From assembly GCA_018969845.1 (NCBI GenBank), contig JAGWXP010000001.1, positions 1 to 54,638 of the forward strand: a stretch of 54,638 bases of DNA, in the 5' to 3' direction. Below the pieces are notes generated by a model. That model was given only the letters and a program-made list of their open reading frames with translations, searched no databases and was not told the origin of the DNA. Source of the DNA: Lysobacteraceae bacterium. Lineage in GTDB: Bacteria > Pseudomonadota > Gammaproteobacteria > Xanthomonadales > Rhodanobacteraceae. Positions 10,501 to 20,468 of this stretch are shown here, one piece after another (the stretch's first letter is position 1; every line of letters starts with the position of its first letter). A program made the translations under genes and the position numbers.

Positions 10501-11010
10501 AATGCCGGCAGCCTCCTCGAGGTGTCCGCGCAGTTCGTCCGGATGCGCCGAGATGATCTCCGAGATCATGCCCTGCTCGATGATTGAATAGCTGCGCGCG
10601 CCCAAGCCTGTGCCGAGGAACAGATCGGTAATGTCGCGGCGGCGGCAGCGCGCGCCGTTGAGGAAATACTGCGACTGGCCGTCGCGACTGGCCTGGCGCT
10701 TCACCGAAATTTCGTTGTACTTGGCGTATTCGCCGACAACCAGGCCGTCGGCGTTGTCGAAGATCAGTTCCACCGAAGCGGCGCCGACCGGCTTGCGGCC
10801 GGTGCTGCCCGAGAAGATCACGTCGGCGAGCGAATCGCCGCGCAGGCGCGTCGGCGCGCTTTCGCCCATCACCCAGCGGATCGCGTCGATGATGTTGGAT
10901 TTGCCGCAGCCGTTCGGACCGACCACGCCGGTCATGTTGGTCGGCAGGTGCAGGACGGTCGGATCGACGAAGGATTTGAATCCGGACAGCTTGATCGTGG
11001 TCAGGCGCAT
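7510..11010 (-). CDS. smc: Chromosome segregation protein SMC
   Basis: MRLTTIKLSGFKSF, Walker A GPNGCGKS, long coiled coils with hinge, LSGGEK signature, LLDEVD Walker B. Confidence 0.97.
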   Translation of the reverse strand: MRLTTIKLSGFKSFVDPTVLHLPTNMTGVVGPNGCGKSNIIDAIRWVMGESAPTRLRGDSLADVIFSGSTGRKPVGAASVELIFDNADGLVVGEYAKYNEISVKRQASRDGQSQYFLNGARCRRRDITDLFLGTGLGARSYSIIEQGMISEIISAHPDELRGHLEEAAGISKYKERRKETESRIKATRENLERLNDVREEVDKQLEHLNRQARAAARWQELKAEHARREAELRGVHYRAIAGEIDEHQHALVQADIAIEGLVAEQRQVEAQIEAHREKHQSASDHLSKVQGEVYRIGGEIARVEQQIQHNRELRERLERARAETEKTRAELGEHIGGDREQIELLRTALAEGEPKLAALNETATKTADAQREAEAKLAEWQTQWDAYARASGDASKEAEVERTRLDYLDKQALETARRLETLQAEKRGADFDALREQLDKLTAEHAAHKQTVELHSRLLEERRAAYEHVLEAERTNAVALNEARTRLQGLRGRLASLEALQHAALGQEKSAASEWLARLGLDKSRRLGEVLRVEAGWETAVETVLGGLLEGVLSEAPRNHAAELVGVREANLALVEPREGGNVPMGTLAALVRGPQAAIDMLAQVRVADSLDEANRIAANLAAHASVITRDGVWLGAGYARVLRRGGAQAGMLAREREIQELRGEIALAQARADELTAEIEAIKARKAEAESARDDAQRELYTAHRRVAELAGQMQSHGGRIDTARSRVVKIDEEIAVLQARMQTDEAATREARARLEQAVARMGDEEQRRQYLDGERRRLLEAREEARLNAREAADRAHQHALGIESKRTAVAALEQALLRMHSQLAQLEARRSEIAQQLESGHAPLATIEAERQTYLNQRLLVDKQLVEARQGVEERDSEFRGYEAERHRVEHMLAQHREAHAERRLTHQGLQMRAQQLQEAIVAAGHDLHAVLDALPAGADAAEWQQQLDVLDAKIKRLEPVNLAAISEFEEQSQRKSYLDAQLTDLNTALETLEGAIKKIDRETRQRFKETFDRVNTGLQELFPRLFGGGHAFLELTGEDLLDAGVSIMARPPGKRVSNITLLSGGEKALAAVALVFAIFRLNPAPFCLLDEVDAPLDEANVGRFSQLVTEMSERVQFLFVTHNKATMEAAHQLCGVTMREPGVSRLVQVDLAEAAKLAGAA

Positions 11011-11054
11011 GGGTGTATTTCTGGGAATTCCGTTTGGGCGCCGATGACGCCACA

Positions 11055-11083
11055 TTGTCCAGCGCGTGGGCTTGCGCTAAGGT
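11055..11083 (+). promoter_or_regulatory. Candidate sigma70 promoter of queF
   Basis: TTGTCC-17 nt-TAAGGT, followed by SD AGGAG at 11110-11114. Confidence 0.45.
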
Positions 11084-11122
11084 GCGCGCCCACACAAGAA
11101 AGCCGCATCAGGAGTGAGTGCC

Positions 11123-11512
11123 GTGTCCACCGCGCCCAGCAAAAACCTGGAAACGTTCGCGAACCCGGAACCGGATCGCGATTATACCATCCGCATGCGC
11201 ATTCCCGAGTTCACCTGCCTGTGTCCGAAAACCGGGCAGCCCGACTTCGCCACCCTGCATCTGGAATACGTGCCGGACAAGACCTGCGTGGAACTGAAAT
11301 CCCTCAAGCTCTACGTCTGGAGCTTCCGCGACGAGGGCGCGTTCCACGAGGCTGTCACCAACCGCATCCTCGACGACCTGGTAAAGGCCACCCAGCCGCG
11401 CTTCATGCGCCTGAGCGCGGAATTCGGCGTGCGCGGCGGCATCTGCACCACCGTGGTGGCCGAGCATCGCGCGCGCGGCTGGAAGGTGGCCGCTGCGATC
11501 GCATTGCCCTAG
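11123..11512 (+). CDS. queF: preQ0 reductase QueF (short, single-domain type)
   Basis: [10 protein letters not shown] catalytic Cys/Asp and ELKSLKLY motif. GTG start chosen 8 nt after AGGAG (alternative start 11114). Confidence 0.93.
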   Translation: MSTAPSKNLETFANPEPDRDYTIRMRIPEFTCLCPKTGQPDFATLHLEYVPDKTCVELKSLKLYVWSFRDEGAFHEAVTNRILDDLVKATQPRFMRLSAEFGVRGGICTTVVAEHRARGWKVAAAIALP

Positions 11513-12369
11513 TCGTTTTTCTCCGCTGGCTTTTCCTGCTCGACGGGCTTGCCGGCGGGCGGTGCGGTTCCCGCCGGATAGGTGATCTGCGCCTGCTCGC
11601 GCAGTTTGTCCAGACGCTCGCGGCCGATCTTCATCTGCAGGTTGCGGCGGATGCCTTCCTTGACCTGGTCGAACGGCGGTGGCGCATAAGGATTGGCAAT
11701 GTCCAGATGCACCACGTGCCAGCCGTATTCGGTCTTGACCGGCACCTTGGTGGAATCGCAGTTGCGCAAATCCGCCAGTGCCTTGGCCAGTTCCGGCGGA
11801 AGCTGATCGGGGAGTACGCGGGTGAAGCGGCGAGCCTGCTTGGCCTTGCTGCGCCAGGCATCGAAAACCTTGTCGAAAGGCTGGCCCGAAACGATATCGT
11901 CTTCGGCCCTGAGCGCATCCTCTTCGTTGTCGAACAACAACTGGCTGAAATCGTAGGCGACCTTGCCGGCACGCGCCACCTGATTGTCGTATTCGGCCTT
12001 GAGCATGGTGTCGTTGATCGGCGTGCGCTGCTGGAACTGCGCGAGCGCCGCATCCGCCACGCCCTGCAGACGTGCGGCCTCGACACGGGCAAGGTATCTG
12101 GGGTCGGCGGCAAAATTCTCGCGTTGCGCCGCCTGCGCCAGCAGCACGAGATCGGTGACCAGTGTCAGCGCCTGATCGCGCTGCTTGGGCTGGTTCACAT
12201 CCAGCCGGTGCGCTTCGGCGACGGCGTCGAGCAGACTCGCCGGTACCGGCGTGCCGTTGACGGTTTCGACCGCGGTACTGCCGGACGGCATCTGGATGAT
12301 GCGATTGTCCGCGCCGTTTGACGAGCAGCCTGCGATTGCGGCGAGAGCCAACAGGAATATCTTGCGCAT
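11509..12369 (-). CDS. PpiC/parvulin-type peptidyl-prolyl isomerase-like lipoprotein
   Basis: Lipobox IAGC, TVNG, and rotamase motif [11 protein letters not shown] followed by PPFDQVK; next to bolA and yciI. Confidence 0.78.
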   Translation of the reverse strand: MRKIFLLALAAIAGCSSNGADNRIIQMPSGSTAVETVNGTPVPASLLDAVAEAHRLDVNQPKQRDQALTLVTDLVLLAQAAQRENFAADPRYLARVEAARLQGVADAALAQFQQRTPINDTMLKAEYDNQVARAGKVAYDFSQLLFDNEEDALRAEDDIVSGQPFDKVFDAWRSKAKQARRFTRVLPDQLPPELAKALADLRNCDSTKVPVKTEYGWHVVHLDIANPYAPPPFDQVKEGIRRNLQMKIGRERLDKLREQAQITYPAGTAPPAGKPVEQEKPAEKND

Positions 12370-12379
12370 TTTCGAGCCT

Positions 12380-12652
12380 TCAGTGCGTTTCGTCCGGAGC
12401 GCGCGCATCGATTGCGAGCGCGTGAATGTCGGTTTGCATCATTTGGCCGAGCGCCGCATAGATCCGCCGATGGCGCGCCAGTGGTGACAACCCGGCAAAT
12501 TCCGCGGCGACGATGCTAACGCTGAAATGTCCGCGCCCGTCGCGCGCGCCGGCATGTCCGGCATGCAAATGGCTCTGATCTTCGACCGTCAGTTGCAGGG
12601 GGGCGAAATTTCGCGTCAGGGTTGCGCGGATTTGCTCGACCCGGCCGCTCAC
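12380..12652 (-). CDS. bolA: BolA-family protein
   Basis: [34 protein letters not shown]. Confidence 0.92.
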   Translation of the reverse strand: MSGRVEQIRATLTRNFAPLQLTVEDQSHLHAGHAGARDGRGHFSVSIVAAEFAGLSPLARHRRIYAALGQMMQTDIHALAIDARAPDETH

Positions 12653-12948
12653 GGCAACACCTTGCGGAACGGACGCACTTCGACGTCGCGATACACGCCG
12701 GCGGCGCGATAGGGATCGGCATCGGCCCAGGCGTGTGCGCTGCCCAGATCGGCGAATTCCGCCACGATCAGACTGCCGGCGAATCCCGCCGGACCCGGAT
12801 CTTCCGCATCGATCGCGGTCAAGGGTCCGGCCAGCAGCAGGCGGCCCTCGTCGCGCAAGGCGTGCAGGCGCGCCAGATGCGCCGGTCGCGCCGCACTGCG
12901 TGCGCGCAGACTATCCGGGTTGTCGCGTGCGTAGATCGCGTACCACAT
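12649..12948 (-). CDS. yciI: YciI-family protein
   Basis: [26 protein letters not shown]; 4-nt overlap with bolA. Confidence 0.92.
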   Translation of the reverse strand: MWYAIYARDNPDSLRARSAARPAHLARLHALRDEGRLLLAGPLTAIDAEDPGPAGFAGSLIVAEFADLGSAHAWADADPYRAAGVYRDVEVRPFRKVLP

Positions 12949-13047
12949 CGGTCGGGTTCTCGTCGCCAAGCCGCAAAGTTTAGCCGAAGGCGCACGCGCG
13001 CGCCTGCGGCGTGGCGCAAAATCGCGCTGCATGTTAGCGTCATGGAT

Positions 13048-14718
13048 ATGTTGCAAACGCTTTCCGTCAAGGATTTCGCCATCGTCGGCGAGGCCGAAAT
13101 CGCGCTCGGCACGGGCATGACCGCGGTCACCGGCGAGACCGGGGCGGGCAAGTCCCTGCTCGTCGATGCGCTCTTGTTGCTGGCCGGACAACGCGCCGAT
13201 ACGGGCGTGGTCCGCCACGGCTGCGCGCGCGCGGAATTGACCGCCGCCTTTTCGCTTGCTGACGCGCCGGCCGCACTCGCCTGGCTCAAATCCGAGGATT
13301 TCGACGACGGCGACATGTGCCAGATCCGTCGCGTGATCCGCAACGAAGGCGCATCGCGCGCCTGGATCAACGGCCGTCCGGCAACGCTGGCGCAGTTGCA
13401 GGTGCTGGCCGAAACCCTGATTGAGATCCACGGCCAGCACGAACATCAGGCGTTGTTGCAACGTGCGCACCAGCTCGCCCTGCTCGATGCCTACGGCGGA
13501 CACGGGACGGAACGCGATCGCGTCGCCGCCCTGGCCGGGCGATGGCGCGATGTCGAAGCGCAGATACGTACGCTATCCGGCACACAGGATCATGCCGAAC
13601 GCATCGCCCTGCTCGAACACCAACTCGGTGAGCTGGATCGTCACGCACTGCTGCCGGCGGAATTCGACGCGTTGAACGAAACGCACAAACGCCTCGCCAA
13701 TGCCGGACAGTTGCTGCAAGGCAGCGCGGCCGTGGCGGAATTGCTCGACGGCGACAGCGAGTTCGCCGCGCTGCGCGCGCTGACCCGAGCGCGCAACGAA
13801 TTGTCCTGTCTGGCAGAACTCGATCCCGCGCTTGCGCCTGCACGCGAGCTGCTTGACGCCGCCGCGATCCAGCTCGGCGAGGCGCACACCGCGATCGGGC
13901 GCTATCGCGACGGTCTGGAACTGGACCCGGATCGCTACGCCGAAACCGAAGCCCAAATCGCCAAGCTGCATGAACTGTCGCGCAAGCATCGCATCCCGGC
14001 CGCGGAACTGAAGACGCACGCGCAAACCCTGCGCGCCGAACTGGAAGGCCTGCGCGGCGCGGGCGAAAAACTGGAAACGCTGCGACGCGAACGCGATGCG
14101 ATCCGCAACGATTACGCCGGCGCCGCGGCGGAGCTGTCGCAACGGCGCCTGGCCGCGACGAAGAAATTGGACAAGGAAATCACGGCCTTGATGGCCGAAT
14201 TGGGCATGCCCGGCGGCCGTTTCACGACCGAGCTTGCGGCATCGGAGAGCCGCGTTCCCGATGCGCAGGGTGCGGAGCGCGCGGACTTCCTGGTCAGTGC
14301 CAATCCCGGACAGCCGCCGCGCCCCCTGCGCAAGGTCGCTTCCGGCGGCGAACTGTCGCGCATCGCTCTGGCCGTCGAAGTGGCCGCTCTCGGTCTGGAC
14401 GACATCGGCACGATGGTGTTCGACGAAGTCGACTCGGGCATAGGCGGCAGCGTCGCCGAAATCGTCGGCCGCAAGCTGCGCCGGCTCGGCGGCAAGCGTC
14501 AGGTTCTATGCGTGACCCATCTGCCGCAGGTCGCCGCACAAGCCCACGCGCACCTGCGCGTCGCCAAATCGACTGATGACGATGCCACGGCGATCACAAT
14601 CGAAACGCTGGACGGCACGGCGCGTCGCAACGAGATCGCACGCATGCTTGGCGGCGTGACGATCACGCCCGAAACGCTGGCGCACGCGCAGCAGATGCTC
14701 GTCAGCGCACGAACCTGA
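13048..14718 (+). CDS. recN: DNA repair protein RecN
   Basis: [42 protein letters not shown]. Confidence 0.96.
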   Translation: MLQTLSVKDFAIVGEAEIALGTGMTAVTGETGAGKSLLVDALLLLAGQRADTGVVRHGCARAELTAAFSLADAPAALAWLKSEDFDDGDMCQIRRVIRNEGASRAWINGRPATLAQLQVLAETLIEIHGQHEHQALLQRAHQLALLDAYGGHGTERDRVAALAGRWRDVEAQIRTLSGTQDHAERIALLEHQLGELDRHALLPAEFDALNETHKRLANAGQLLQGSAAVAELLDGDSEFAALRALTRARNELSCLAELDPALAPARELLDAAAIQLGEAHTAIGRYRDGLELDPDRYAETEAQIAKLHELSRKHRIPAAELKTHAQTLRAELEGLRGAGEKLETLRRERDAIRNDYAGAAAELSQRRLAATKKLDKEITALMAELGMPGGRFTTELAASESRVPDAQGAERADFLVSANPGQPPRPLRKVASGGELSRIALAVEVAALGLDDIGTMVFDEVDSGIGGSVAEIVGRKLRRLGGKRQVLCVTHLPQVAAQAHAHLRVAKSTDDDATAITIETLDGTARRNEIARMLGGVTITPETLAHAQQMLVSART

Positions 14719-14727
14719 CGCGCGGCG

Positions 14728-15141
14728 CTACGGCGTCTTTCTCTTTTTGGCGCGCACGTACAGCACCAGGCTGTGATCCTCGATCGAATAGCCGTGCCGC
14801 TCGGCAATCTCGTGCTGCAGCTTCTCGATTGCCGCGCTGGTGAATTCGATCACCCTGCCGGTATCGACGTCGACCATGTGGTCGTGATGCTTGCCGCGGT
14901 CGATCTCGTAAACCGCCTGCCCGCCTTCGAAATTGTGCTTGAGCACAAGCCCGGCCGCCTCGAACTGGAGCAGGACGCGGTAGACTGTGGCCAACCCAAT
15001 GTCGCGGTGGTGCTGGATCAGCTCACGGTAAATATCCTCGGCCGTCAGATGCTTGCCGGAGGAAGTTTCCAGAATTTCGAGGATGCGCATGCGCGGCTGG
15101 GTGACTTTCAGTCCGGCCTTGCGCAATTCTTGGTTTTCCAT
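14728..15141 (-). CDS. fur: Ferric uptake regulator Fur
   Basis: LRKAGLKVTQPR, GLATVYRVL, HHDHM; divergent from bamE. Confidence 0.96.
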   Translation of the reverse strand: MENQELRKAGLKVTQPRMRILEILETSSGKHLTAEDIYRELIQHHRDIGLATVYRVLLQFEAAGLVLKHNFEGGQAVYEIDRGKHHDHMVDVDTGRVIEFTSAAIEKLQHEIAERHGYSIEDHSLVLYVRAKKRKTP

Positions 15142-15316
15142 GAGGAACTCCATGGTGCGCTTTAGCCCCCGTAAATTCAGGGGGGACTGCGCGTTTTTTT
15201 TGGCGCGCAGTGAGGATTGTGGGTCTTGCGCGCGGAGTCGAAGCCAAAAGCGCTAACATTCCTTCTACAATCCCTAGTGTATCATTCGGCGCCCTCCGCC
15301 CGCTGGTGTTCATCGC

Positions 15317-15733
15317 ATGACGACGTTCCTCCGCCCCGCTGCCGTTGCACTTTGCGCCATCGCCGCCGCGGCGTGCAGCCCGATCTACAAGCTCGACATC
15401 CAGCAGGGCAACCTGTTCAACAAGAACCTGGTCGATTCGCTCAAGCCCGGCATGAGCAAGCGTCAGGTGACCTTGGTCATGGGCTCGCCTTCCATCATCA
15501 GCCCGTTCGATCAGAACCGCTGGGACTACGTCTCGACGCTGCGCAAGGGCAACGGACGGATGGCGACGAAAGACCTTACCCTGTATTTCACGAACGACTC
15601 GCTCGCGAAAATCGAAGGCGACTACTTCGCCGAAGATCCGGCCGAACTGATCAAGGAAGCAACCAAGTACAAGCGTCAGTATCCGGACGACAAGCGACCG
15701 GACGAGGACAAGAAGAAACAGCAGGGCAGTTAA
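15317..15733 (+). CDS. bamE: Outer membrane assembly lipoprotein BamE
   Basis: Lipobox AAAC, IQQGN, GMSKRQV, RWDY. Confidence 0.93.
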   Translation: MTTFLRPAAVALCAIAAAACSPIYKLDIQQGNLFNKNLVDSLKPGMSKRQVTLVMGSPSIISPFDQNRWDYVSTLRKGNGRMATKDLTLYFTNDSLAKIEGDYFAEDPAELIKEATKYKRQYPDDKRPDEDKKKQQGS

Positions 15734-16008
15734 GTCCGGCGTTCGGCGCGCTTGCGTCGCGCCGACTTGGGATCGAGCTGCAGCGGACGGTACAGCTCGA
15801 CGCGATCGCCGTCGCCCAGGAGCGTTTCCGCTTTGACGCGGCGGCCGAAGATGCCGAATCCTGCCGGAGCGAATCCCGGCAACTCGTTGAGAACCCCACT
15901 CGCGGCGATGGCGTCGGCCACCGTTGCGCCGGCAGCGATATCCACGGCACGCAGGATCTGGCGCTGCGGATCGGCATAAGCCACCTCGACACGAATCGTT
16001 TCAGGCAT
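15730..16008 (-). CDS. ratB: RnfH/RatB ubiquitin-like protein
   Basis: IRVEVAYA and GDRVELYRPL..DPK..RR; downstream of ratA. Confidence 0.9.
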   Translation of the reverse strand: MPETIRVEVAYADPQRQILRAVDIAAGATVADAIAASGVLNELPGFAPAGFGIFGRRVKAETLLGDGDRVELYRPLQLDPKSARRKRAERRT

Positions 16009-16432
16009 CTTCGCGCCCGGCCTCGCGGCAGAATTCGTCAACCATGCGGTCGGCAAGTTTTTCGAATCCCTTGCGGAATACCGGCGCCAGAACACGGCCG
16101 CGATATTCAAACTCAAGCGCGAATTGGACTTTGCAACCGGCGTCGCCGAGCGGCATGAACTCCCATGCACCGGTCAGACTCCGGAAGGGTCCGTCGGCCA
16201 ATTGCATGCCGATGCGTTGCGGCGGTACAAGCGTATTGCGTGTGCTGAAACCCTGGATCGTTCCGGCGATGCGCAAATCCAACCGCGCGACGATGGCATC
16301 CGGCTCGCGCGCCAGCACCATGGAACCCGCACACCAGGCAAAACGGCGCGGATAGGATTCGACATCGTTGACCAGATCGAACATCCGCGCCGGCGGATAA
16401 GGAACGATGGCGCTGCGGCGAATATGAATCAT
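16001..16432 (-). CDS. ratA: RatA/PasT (Coq10-like START-domain) protein
   Basis: [24 protein letters not shown]; divergent from smpB. Confidence 0.9.
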   Translation of the reverse strand: MIHIRRSAIVPYPPARMFDLVNDVESYPRRFAWCAGSMVLAREPDAIVARLDLRIAGTIQGFSTRNTLVPPQRIGMQLADGPFRSLTGAWEFMPLGDAGCKVQFALEFEYRGRVLAPVFRKGFEKLADRMVDEFCREAGREDA

Positions 16433-16461
16433 GCGCTGTTTCCGTCACAATTCGCGCCATT

Positions 16462-16953
16462 ATGAACAAGGCCAAGGCAAAAAAGGACAGCCACGACAGC
16501 ACGATCGCGTTGAACAAGCGCGCGCGCCACGAATACCATATCGACGAGCGTTACGAGGCGGGCCTGTCCTTGCAGGGCTGGGAAGTCAAAAGCCTGCGCG
16601 CCGGGCGCATCAATTTCGGCGACAGTTACGCCGTGGTCAGGGGCGGCGAGTTGTATCTGTTCGGCGCCTCGATCCCGCCATTGATCTCGGCGTCCACGCA
16701 TGTCGTTGCCGACGATCGGCGCACGCGCAAGTTGCTCCTGCACCGCACCGAAATCGACAAGCTCGTGGGCGCCGTCGAACGCAAGGGGTATACGCTCGTG
16801 CCCACCGCGATGTATTGGAAGCACAACCGGGTCAAGGTGGAAATCGGGCTGGCCAAGGGCAAACAGGATCACGACAAACGTGCGACCGAGAAGGAACGCG
16901 ACTGGCAGCGCGAGAAGCAGCAGGCGATGCGCGCCAGGAACCGGCTGGCCTAG
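16462..16953 (+). CDS. smpB: SsrA-binding protein SmpB
   Basis: [32 protein letters not shown]. Confidence 0.97.
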   Translation: MNKAKAKKDSHDSTIALNKRARHEYHIDERYEAGLSLQGWEVKSLRAGRINFGDSYAVVRGGELYLFGASIPPLISASTHVVADDRRTRKLLLHRTEIDKLVGAVERKGYTLVPTAMYWKHNRVKVEIGLAKGKQDHDKRATEKERDWQREKQQAMRARNRLA

Positions 16954-16960
16954 GTTCCAG

Positions 16961-16986
16961 CTGGATACCGGCATTGGTATGCCGGT
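16961..16986. repeat. Half copy of palindromic repeat family B
   Basis: ctggat-accggca-ttggta-tgccggt has the same layout as the right arm ctggat-gccggca-gtccc-tgccggc at 46532-46561. Confidence 0.55.
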
Positions 16987-16987
16987 C

Positions 16988-17402
16988 TCATCGCTGACCA
17001 CATGAGTACGGGGACGTTCCCGTCACCACGCAGCATTGCCGAAAGCGGCGGAATGCATCACGCACTTGCTCGCGCAACAGATCGTCGCTCCACGGCTTCG
17101 TGAAGAATTTGAACACAGCACCCTGGTTGACCGACTCGGTGACGACCTGCAGATCTGTATAACCCGACAGGATGATGCGGACTGTATGGGATACAGTTGC
17201 TGCCGATCGCGAGAAACTCGGCACCCGACATCCCCGGCATGCGTTGGTCCGAAATAATGACTTGAACCAGGTTCACGGCGAGCACATCGAGAGCTTCGGC
17301 GCCGCTGCTCGCGGTCAGAATCCGATAACCGTCCTTGCGCAACAAGCGCGTCAATGCGTAACGGATACCGGCTTCGTCATCGACCAACAAAACGCGGTAA
17401 AC
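16988..17402 (-). pseudogene. Response-regulator receiver (REC) domain, frameshifted
   Basis: VLLVDDE...IISDQRMPGMSGAEFL in one frame, QQLYP in a second, and HTVRIILSGYTD...FFTKPWSDDLLR in a third. No ATG/GTG follows the GGGAGG SD. Confidence 0.82.
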
Positions 17403-17422
17403 GAAACCTCCCTGTTTACCGA

Positions 17423-19894
17423 CTATTTTGGCTGGACGACCGGTAGCTCCACCCGCATCAACGTACCCTGACGGGGCACGCTTGTCACCTCAATGTTGCC
17501 GTGATGCTTCGCGACGATGCCGTACGAAATCGAAAGTCCGAGACCGGTCCCCGTGCCAACCGGCTTGGTCGTGAAGAACGGATCGAAAATGCGCGGCAAC
17601 ACATCCGGCGGAATGCCTTCGCCGTCGTCGCCGATCGCGATCCATACCTTATCGCCGTCCAACCCGGTGCTCACCGTGATCAGACCGTTCTTCTGCACCG
17701 CCTGGGCCGCGTTCATGAGAATGTTCAGAAAAACCTGATTCAGTTCCGACGGAAGACATTCGATCATCGGCAGGTCGCCGAACGTCTTCACAATCTGGGC
17801 CTTGTACTTGATCTGGTTGGAAACAATGTTCAAAGTCGACTCGAGTCCCTGATGCACGTCGGCATTCACCCACGCTTCGTTGCGGTCGCGCCGCGAAAAA
17901 TCCTTCAGGTCGCGGACGATCTTGCAGACGCGGTCGATACCTTCGCGCGACTCGCTAATCAACTGCGGCGCATCCGTCGACAGGAAATCGATCTCGGCGT
18001 CGCGGCGGATTCGTTCGCTTTCCATTGCGGCGATCGCGTCTCGCGCATTTGCCTGCGCCGCATAAGCATTGACCGCGCCGAGCAGCTTCGACATGTAATC
18101 CTGCAGCGTTGAGAGATTGGAGCTGACGTAGCCGATAGGATTGTTGATCTCGTGCGCGACGCCTGCTGCAAGCTGGCCTATCGACGCCAACTTCTCAGAC
18201 TGTATCGCCTGTTCCTGTGCGTTCTTGAGTTTCGCATAGGCGACCTCGAGTTCCGCATTCCGCTCATGCAGTTCTCGCGTTCGTTCTTCGACGCGCCGCT
18301 GCAGCTGCGCGTAGGCTGCGCGGAGCGAATCGGCTGCCAACCGGCGCTGCAGGCTGTTCGCGATCTGGCTTGCGACGAAGCCCAAGAGTTCCACGTCGAC
18401 GCTTTCATATGCATTTTCGTCTTCGATGCTTTGTACCGAGACGAGACCGATGTTGCTCCCATCGACGACGAGCGGAACGCCGAGCCAGCACGCATCTGGC
18501 CGGCCGGATGAGACGGCGAAGTCCGGGTCCACGACGCCTTTCCGCACCAGATCGAGGATGTCGGTGCGGCGCAGCAACGTCTTGCCGTGTTTGAGAACAT
18601 ATTCGCTCAAACCCGCGCCGAGCGGCCGCGCAGGCGGGCTCTGTTCGACCTTGTCGACGTAGTAGGCAAATTCCAGACTCGCGCGATCCGCACTCAGCAG
18701 CGCGATGTAGAAGTTCTCCGCATTGATCAAGGTACCGACAATCCGATGTGTGCGCTGAAAGAACTCGAGTTGGCCGATGTCGGAGGTGGCGAGCTGAGCA
18801 ATCTGAAACAGCGCGCTCTGCAAGCGTTCGGCGCGCTGCCGTTCGCTGATTTCGCGCATGAGCTCCTGATTCGCTTCGGCGAGCTCTGCAGTGCGTTTGC
18901 GCACCTGCAGCTCCAGTGCCTGCTTGCCCTGCTTGCGTTCGAGCGCAACCAGTATGTGTCGACTCACGAACTCGAGCAGCGCACGGTCCTCGTCCGTGAA
19001 GCGGACGCCACATTCATAGCTTTGCACGACGACGGCCCCGAGCGCACGACCGTCGCGCGACATCGGCACGCCAAGCCAATCTTCACTGTCCGGCCCGAGG
19101 ATAGAAAGTGGGCCAGAGACCTGACCGCGCAAATCCGGTGTGGATCCTCGCAACGGCTTGCCATCACGCAGCAGATACCAGGTCAGCGAATGCTGGTGTG
19201 CCTGCAGCGGTATGTCGGTTTCGCTGTCTGGTGGCTCGGGGTCCATCGCGTCGGCGTAATAGAGGAACCGCAGGCTGTCGGCGTCGGCGTCGTAGCGTAC
19301 GATGAAGAAATTTTCCGCGTACATCAGCCCCGCCACGATCGTGTGGATACCGCTCAGCATCTCGTTCATGTCCCGATCGGAACTGGCCAGCTCCGAGATC
19401 GCGAACAGCGCGCGCTGGAGATTTTCCGAGCGTTCCAGGCGCTGCAACGCGTCCCGCAGATCGGCAATCTCGAGCGCGTGCTGCAATTGTCGACCTGCCG
19501 CCGCCAACTCGACACTGCGCTCGGCCAACAGGTGCTCTGCGTCGACAAGCGAGGTCGCTTCGAGCAGGAGAATCGACGAGTGGCCGTCTTCCGCGAAAAG
19601 GGGAAACGCGATGTTTTCGCCCTCGGTCACGGGCCCCTCGTGGTTTGCGACGGCTGCGCGCGCAAGCGCGAGTTCGTGGGGCTCCAGGCGCGACGGTGGT
19701 TCGGACTGGGTCTCCTCGGAAGTGGCGACGTTCCAGACAACGCGCGCCTTGCGGCACGCGCGGACGCCCTCGAACATGCCGGCGATTTCCGCTGCAACCG
19801 CGCGCGGAGAGGTTGCGTCAAGCAACCGCGCCATCAGCTCAAGTCGCCGCACATGCGCCGAATCGATTAACGCTCTAGCAGGCGAATCATTCAT
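17423..19894 (-). CDS. Cytoplasmic sensor histidine kinase with tandem GAF domains
   Basis: Two GAF-like repeats (AENFFIV...WLGVPM; AENFYIA...WLGVPL), H-box AHEINNP, N-box ELNQVFLNILMNA, DDGEG, FDPFFTTK, GTGLGL. No TM segment evident. Confidence 0.92.
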   Translation of the reverse strand: MNDSPARALIDSAHVRRLELMARLLDATSPRAVAAEIAGMFEGVRACRKARVVWNVATSEETQSEPPSRLEPHELALARAAVANHEGPVTEGENIAFPLFAEDGHSSILLLEATSLVDAEHLLAERSVELAAAGRQLQHALEIADLRDALQRLERSENLQRALFAISELASSDRDMNEMLSGIHTIVAGLMYAENFFIVRYDADADSLRFLYYADAMDPEPPDSETDIPLQAHQHSLTWYLLRDGKPLRGSTPDLRGQVSGPLSILGPDSEDWLGVPMSRDGRALGAVVVQSYECGVRFTDEDRALLEFVSRHILVALERKQGKQALELQVRKRTAELAEANQELMREISERQRAERLQSALFQIAQLATSDIGQLEFFQRTHRIVGTLINAENFYIALLSADRASLEFAYYVDKVEQSPPARPLGAGLSEYVLKHGKTLLRRTDILDLVRKGVVDPDFAVSSGRPDACWLGVPLVVDGSNIGLVSVQSIEDENAYESVDVELLGFVASQIANSLQRRLAADSLRAAYAQLQRRVEERTRELHERNAELEVAYAKLKNAQEQAIQSEKLASIGQLAAGVAHEINNPIGYVSSNLSTLQDYMSKLLGAVNAYAAQANARDAIAAMESERIRRDAEIDFLSTDAPQLISESREGIDRVCKIVRDLKDFSRRDRNEAWVNADVHQGLESTLNIVSNQIKYKAQIVKTFGDLPMIECLPSELNQVFLNILMNAAQAVQKNGLITVSTGLDGDKVWIAIGDDGEGIPPDVLPRIFDPFFTTKPVGTGTGLGLSISYGIVAKHHGNIEVTSVPRQGTLMRVELPVVQPK

Positions 19895-20080
19895 GGATTG
19901 GTCGCCGATTCGCCTGTGCCTCGCTCAGCTCAGCATGCATGAAAACTCGCCAACGCAATCGGCGAAGTCGACTGCGCGCGAGCCGCGAGTCCTCCGACAG
20001 GGTCGCACCGGCAAGGGCTGCCCGCAAGTACATCGGGCCGGCGTCCGACCCCATGTTTTTCCGAGCCTGCGATGAAATAC

Positions 20081-20188
20081 TCAAGCGAAACAATCATCGA
20101 GGCGTTGCTCGCCAGCGCGATACGCGCCGATGATTTCGAGCCGGAGCTTCTCATCGTTCCGGGATTTCGCGAGGAACGTGTAAATGGT
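20081..20188 (-). pseudogene. Relic of a second REC domain C-terminus
   Basis: Manual translation TIYTFLAKSRNDEKLRLEIIGAYR aligns with VFKFFTKPWSDDLLREQVRDAFR of the REC pseudogene at 16988-17402. Confidence 0.55.
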
Positions 20189-20468
20189 TTCCCGCGAACG
20201 ACGCGACTGAATGCAGACTCCCGGATTGCAATTACCAGACGGTTTCCCGACCGCCACGGCGAGCCCGGAAATCTTCTACGAGTGGCTGATTGGATTGCCG
20301 GCATGTTCATGCGTCGGTATTTTCTGTCGGTGCATACTAGGGCCTGGTTGCGGTCGTGCGTAATACGTACGGTTACTGATTGAGCGAATCGGCCGACGTC
20401 CTAAACACGACGACATAAATAATGCAGCATTGTGATATCCTCGCTTCGCTCTTTTCTTGGGGAGAAGG

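Noticed and set aside
11066-11114. Hairpin plus A-rich tail upstream of queF resembling a preQ1 riboswitch pseudoknot
   Set aside because: Lacks the preQ1-I loop consensus, and the 5' arm overlaps the predicted promoter so it would not be transcribed. An Rfam scan would settle it.
20072-20383. 103-aa plus-strand ORF in the island
   Set aside because: No motifs, and it overlaps a recognisable REC relic on the opposite strand.
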